Positions 60,980-64,000 of a stretch of 64,000 nt of DNA are shown here, in pieces (position 1 is the first letter of the stretch; every line of letters starts with the position of its first letter). Below the pieces are notes generated by a model. It did no database searches and had not been told where the DNA came from. It saw nothing but the letters and a program-made list of their open reading frames with translations. The DNA is taken from contig OZ218950.1 of NCBI GenBank assembly GCA_965112735.1, positions 5,456,001-5,520,000 on the forward strand, read 5' to 3'. Origin of the DNA: Phaeosaccion multiseriatum (Eukaryota > Protista > Ochrophyta, other classes). The translations under genes were made by a program, and so were the position numbers.

Positions 60980-61272
60980 AGTAAAAACCCAAACTCGCCC
61001 TCCCCCCGAATCCCTCGTCCGAAGTTGGAGATCAACGGGTCATGAGGCCGTGATTGTTTTTTGTTTGGTGGCATCAGGCTGTTGTTGAGATATATATATG
61101 TTGTTGATTTAATATTTGAATGTGTGCACGTGTTGGTGGTCCAACTCACAGTTCGCTGGGGATCCGAGTGTGTGTCCAAAAAAAAAAAAAAAAAAAAAAA
61201 ACACACACACACAGTGGCGCGGTCATACAACCTCAGCGAGGGCCGAACGGCAGAAATACAAGGCCGATCCTA

Positions 61273-62928
61273 ATGGGGGAAGAGGACATCATTGCACCAG
61301 CAGTAGGAACAGCAGCAGCAGCAGCAGCAGCAGCAGGAGGAGGAGGAGGAGGAGGAGGAGGAGGAGGAGGAGGAGGAGGAGGAGGAGGAGGAGGAGGAGG
61401 AGGAGGAGGGCGGAACGCTTCTGCTGCTGCCTCAGTTCCGGCCGGTAAAGCTGGTGGTAACAGGGCGCGGTGGTTTAGTGTTTTGACAGAGGATGAGCTT
61501 CGCCAGGTGGCGGCGTACAAGTACGCTCCGGGAACGTACACGTGGCTTGATGGGCAGATGACACCCTTTTGGAACTGGACGGTGACGTTGCTCCCCATGT
61601 GGCTGGCTCCGAACTTGGTGACCTTCATCGGCCTGATCGGAATCGTCGTCTGTACGGCTGCCATCCCGGTGTACAGCCCTGATATGGCTAGTGAAGAGGT
61701 GCCTGGTTGGGTTTGGTGTGGGTACGCCTTCGCTCTGTTTGGCTACCAGACCTTGGACGCTATTGACGGCAAACAGGCGAGGAGGACCAAGTCGTCCAGT
61801 CCACTTGGCCAACTCTTTGACCACGGGTGTGATACCCTTGTGACGGTGTTCCTATTGACCAGCGTTGCTGCAGCCGTGGGCTTCGGGAGCACCTGGCTCA
61901 CGGCCCTCATGTTCAGCCTCATTCAGGCCACCTTTTACTTCGCGCAGTGGGAAGAATACCACACAGGCAAGTTCTGGAAGTGAAAGGACGCACGCGATGT
62001 GCAGGAGTTTGGGTGGGGAATGTGTATCTAACGCACCCGGCGCAAAATTGGACTCTCGTCACCGCCCCCCCGGCAGGCACGCTCAATTGGAGCAATGGGT
62101 GGTGGGGGGTGACTGAAACGCAGTTATTTGACGTTGTGCTCTTCTTCGTCACGGCATGGGGCGGGGTGGGTATGTGGCGTGTCCCCTTCAGGGAAGTGGT
62201 GGGGCAGCAGCCGCTGGGTATAGAGCTCCCCGTGTGGCTGGATGAGGCAGCTGGCCATGTCGTGGCTGGAGATGTGGCCCTTATGGCCACGGTCTTCGTG
62301 ACAGTGATGATGTCTGGCGGCTCTCTCAAGAGGGTTTGGGATGCTACGCCGGACCAACTAAGTCCGGAGGACCGAGGGGATAAACTGGTGAGTGGCAGGA
62401 AGAGTCAAGTGCCGCAGTCAGTCCATCCCCGGTTTCGTGCCGACGCTCTCGCTTGCTCCCCAACTCCGTCCCCAGGTGGGAATACGCCACGGGATGGTTC
62501 AACTGCTGCCCATGCTAGCAGTGTGCGTGTGCACCTTGGCTCTTTCCGTCGGGGACGGCAAGGCTGTGTTTGCCAGCCACACTGCGCTGTTAGTGCTGGG
62601 CATTGGCATGATTTGCGCGCACATCAACTCGCGAATGATTATGCACCATATGGCCAAGAAGCGGCTTTTGCTGCACGACTTTCTGCCGTCGGTGATTCTT
62701 CTCATCGCCGCCATGGTCAACGTGCACTGGACAAGCCTGGGTCTGGGGGCCGACAGTCCACTGGACAAGGTGTGGTTCATAGACGCTGTGCTGATGTACG
62801 GTACTGCGTCCTACCTCTACTACGTGCACGGCGTGGTGCAGGACATCTGCAGGTACCTGGGTATTGAGTGCTTTCGCATCTCTGCCCAAGGGTCCAGCAG
62901 CAGCGAGTCCAGCGCAAAGAAGGCGTAA
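61273..62928 (+). CDS. Choline/ethanolamine phosphotransferase (CDP-alcohol phosphatidyltransferase, CEPT1/AAPT-like)
   Basis: YKY, PMWLAPNLVT, YQTLDAIDGKQARRTKSSSPLGQLFDHGCD, QWEEYHTG, GVTE, ICRYLGIECF. N-terminal Ala8-Gly25 tract. Confidence 0.93.
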
Positions 62929-62968
62929 GAAGGAAGTGCAACTCTCTCTTCTTTCTGTTTCTCTCATT

Positions 62969-63915
62969 TTAGTACTGTGGGCTCTGCGCCTCTCCCGTCC
63001 AAGGACACTTTCGGAGATTGCGCACGTAGGCGTTCCAGTCCCTGCACATCGGCGGCCGAGCAACGCGGGTGAGGGGGCAGGAGGAAGGGGGGGCGAGGGG
63101 TGCATGAGAGAGAGCATCCAAAGAAGCAAGAAGCAAGCCGGTGACGTCGCGCACCCCCCCACCCACCTCTTGTTGGCTTTGCTATTATTGATCTCCAGCA
63201 AGTCCCTCTTGTGGATGGGATATCCCGTGACGATGCACGAGGGTGCGTCTGAGGCGTACAGACCGGCGTACGGGGTGCCCTTGGCTTGGTCTGCGGGCGG
63301 GAGGGCCTGCTCCATCTGCGCGTCCATACACACACTCAACACCCAATCGCGTACCTCCTCTCGGGCCTGAGAGAAAGAGGGAGCAATTGCAGAGAGTGCG
63401 CACAAGGTGGACGAGGTAAGCAACAAACAAAGCGCGAGACAGTGCACAGCTCTTGGGACGAGCGCAGAGGGGCGAGGGAGCGCTTCTCGGCCGCAGCTTT
63501 GACTGTGACTGTCCTCCGCACCTTCTCGTCTGGCAAGTAGTGGTGGGGCGGCAAGACAGTCACCACGGGGACGTTGGAAGCTGAAGCGAAGTCCGAGTTG
63601 TCGATGAGCGTCACGTCGCCCTCGTCGATCACCTTTTTATGTACGTCGGTGGGGGTGGGGGCCATCGCACAAAGCGGGTCAGCGATCAATGAGTAGTTTT
63701 TAAAAATCAAATGCAAAAGTGCAACCAACTTGCGTCGCACAACAAGCGGAGTCGGCGACTCACCTCGGTGAGGTCCACGTATCGGTTGAGGAGCACAAAG
63801 GCGAGGTTGTCGTTGCCTTGCTTCTTGTGGATCTGCCCCCCCACATAGAAGGCCTTGTCTGCGGGGATGATGTCGATGTAGCGCAGAAGGCTGATGGCGA
63901 TTTTGCCCGACAGTT
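62969..63915 (-). CDS. IFT172: Intraflagellar transport protein 172, 3' part (gene continues beyond the window)
   Basis: SLLRYIDIIPADKAFY, AFVLLNRYVDLTE, IDNSDF, REEVRDWVL, CIVTGYP, ANKRDWN, KCPW. Confidence 0.9.
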
Positions 63916-64000
63916 CCTGACAAGACGCGCGGGGACATGTGCGTGGTAGTACGCGTTAAAGATAGTGAGCGAGTGGGTGGGTGAGTGAGTGAGTGAGTGA

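Overview
Eukaryotic, GC-rich, intron-containing DNA, most likely from a flagellated photosynthetic stramenopile (ochrophyte). This inference rests on two genes with signal peptide + 'F' bipartite plastid presequences, plus CFAP43 and IFT172. The window has two parts. (1) About 1-18.4 kb is gene-free and repeat-rich. It holds about 60 copies of a 165/166-bp tandem satellite with an 827-bp (5-mer) higher-order period. The satellite is interrupted by a young split-direct-repeat (Ngaro/PAT-type) tyrosine-recombinase retrotransposon (5'-deleted RT/RNase H, intact YR) and by a solo A-B repeat of the same element inserted without a target-site duplication. Decayed older copies of the same element flank the array on both sides. 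One reading frame of the satellite monomer resembles a Cys-rich EsV-1-7-like repeat. (2) About 19.4-64 kb is a compact gene region: FEN1, RGP1, CCT5, plastid EPSPS, G-alpha, SMYD5/ATXR2-like SET, a thylakoid-lumen protein, a STE20 kinase, CFAP43, an ankyrin protein, DNA2, CEPT/AAPT and the 3' end of IFT172. Two non-autonomous TIR elements sit about 100 bp upstream of FEN1 and EPSPS. Gene spans include introns, and exon boundaries were read by eye. The best candidate for an undescribed system is the satellite + YR-retroelement association (possibly centromeric), with a 16-bp terminal palindrome as a candidate integration signal.
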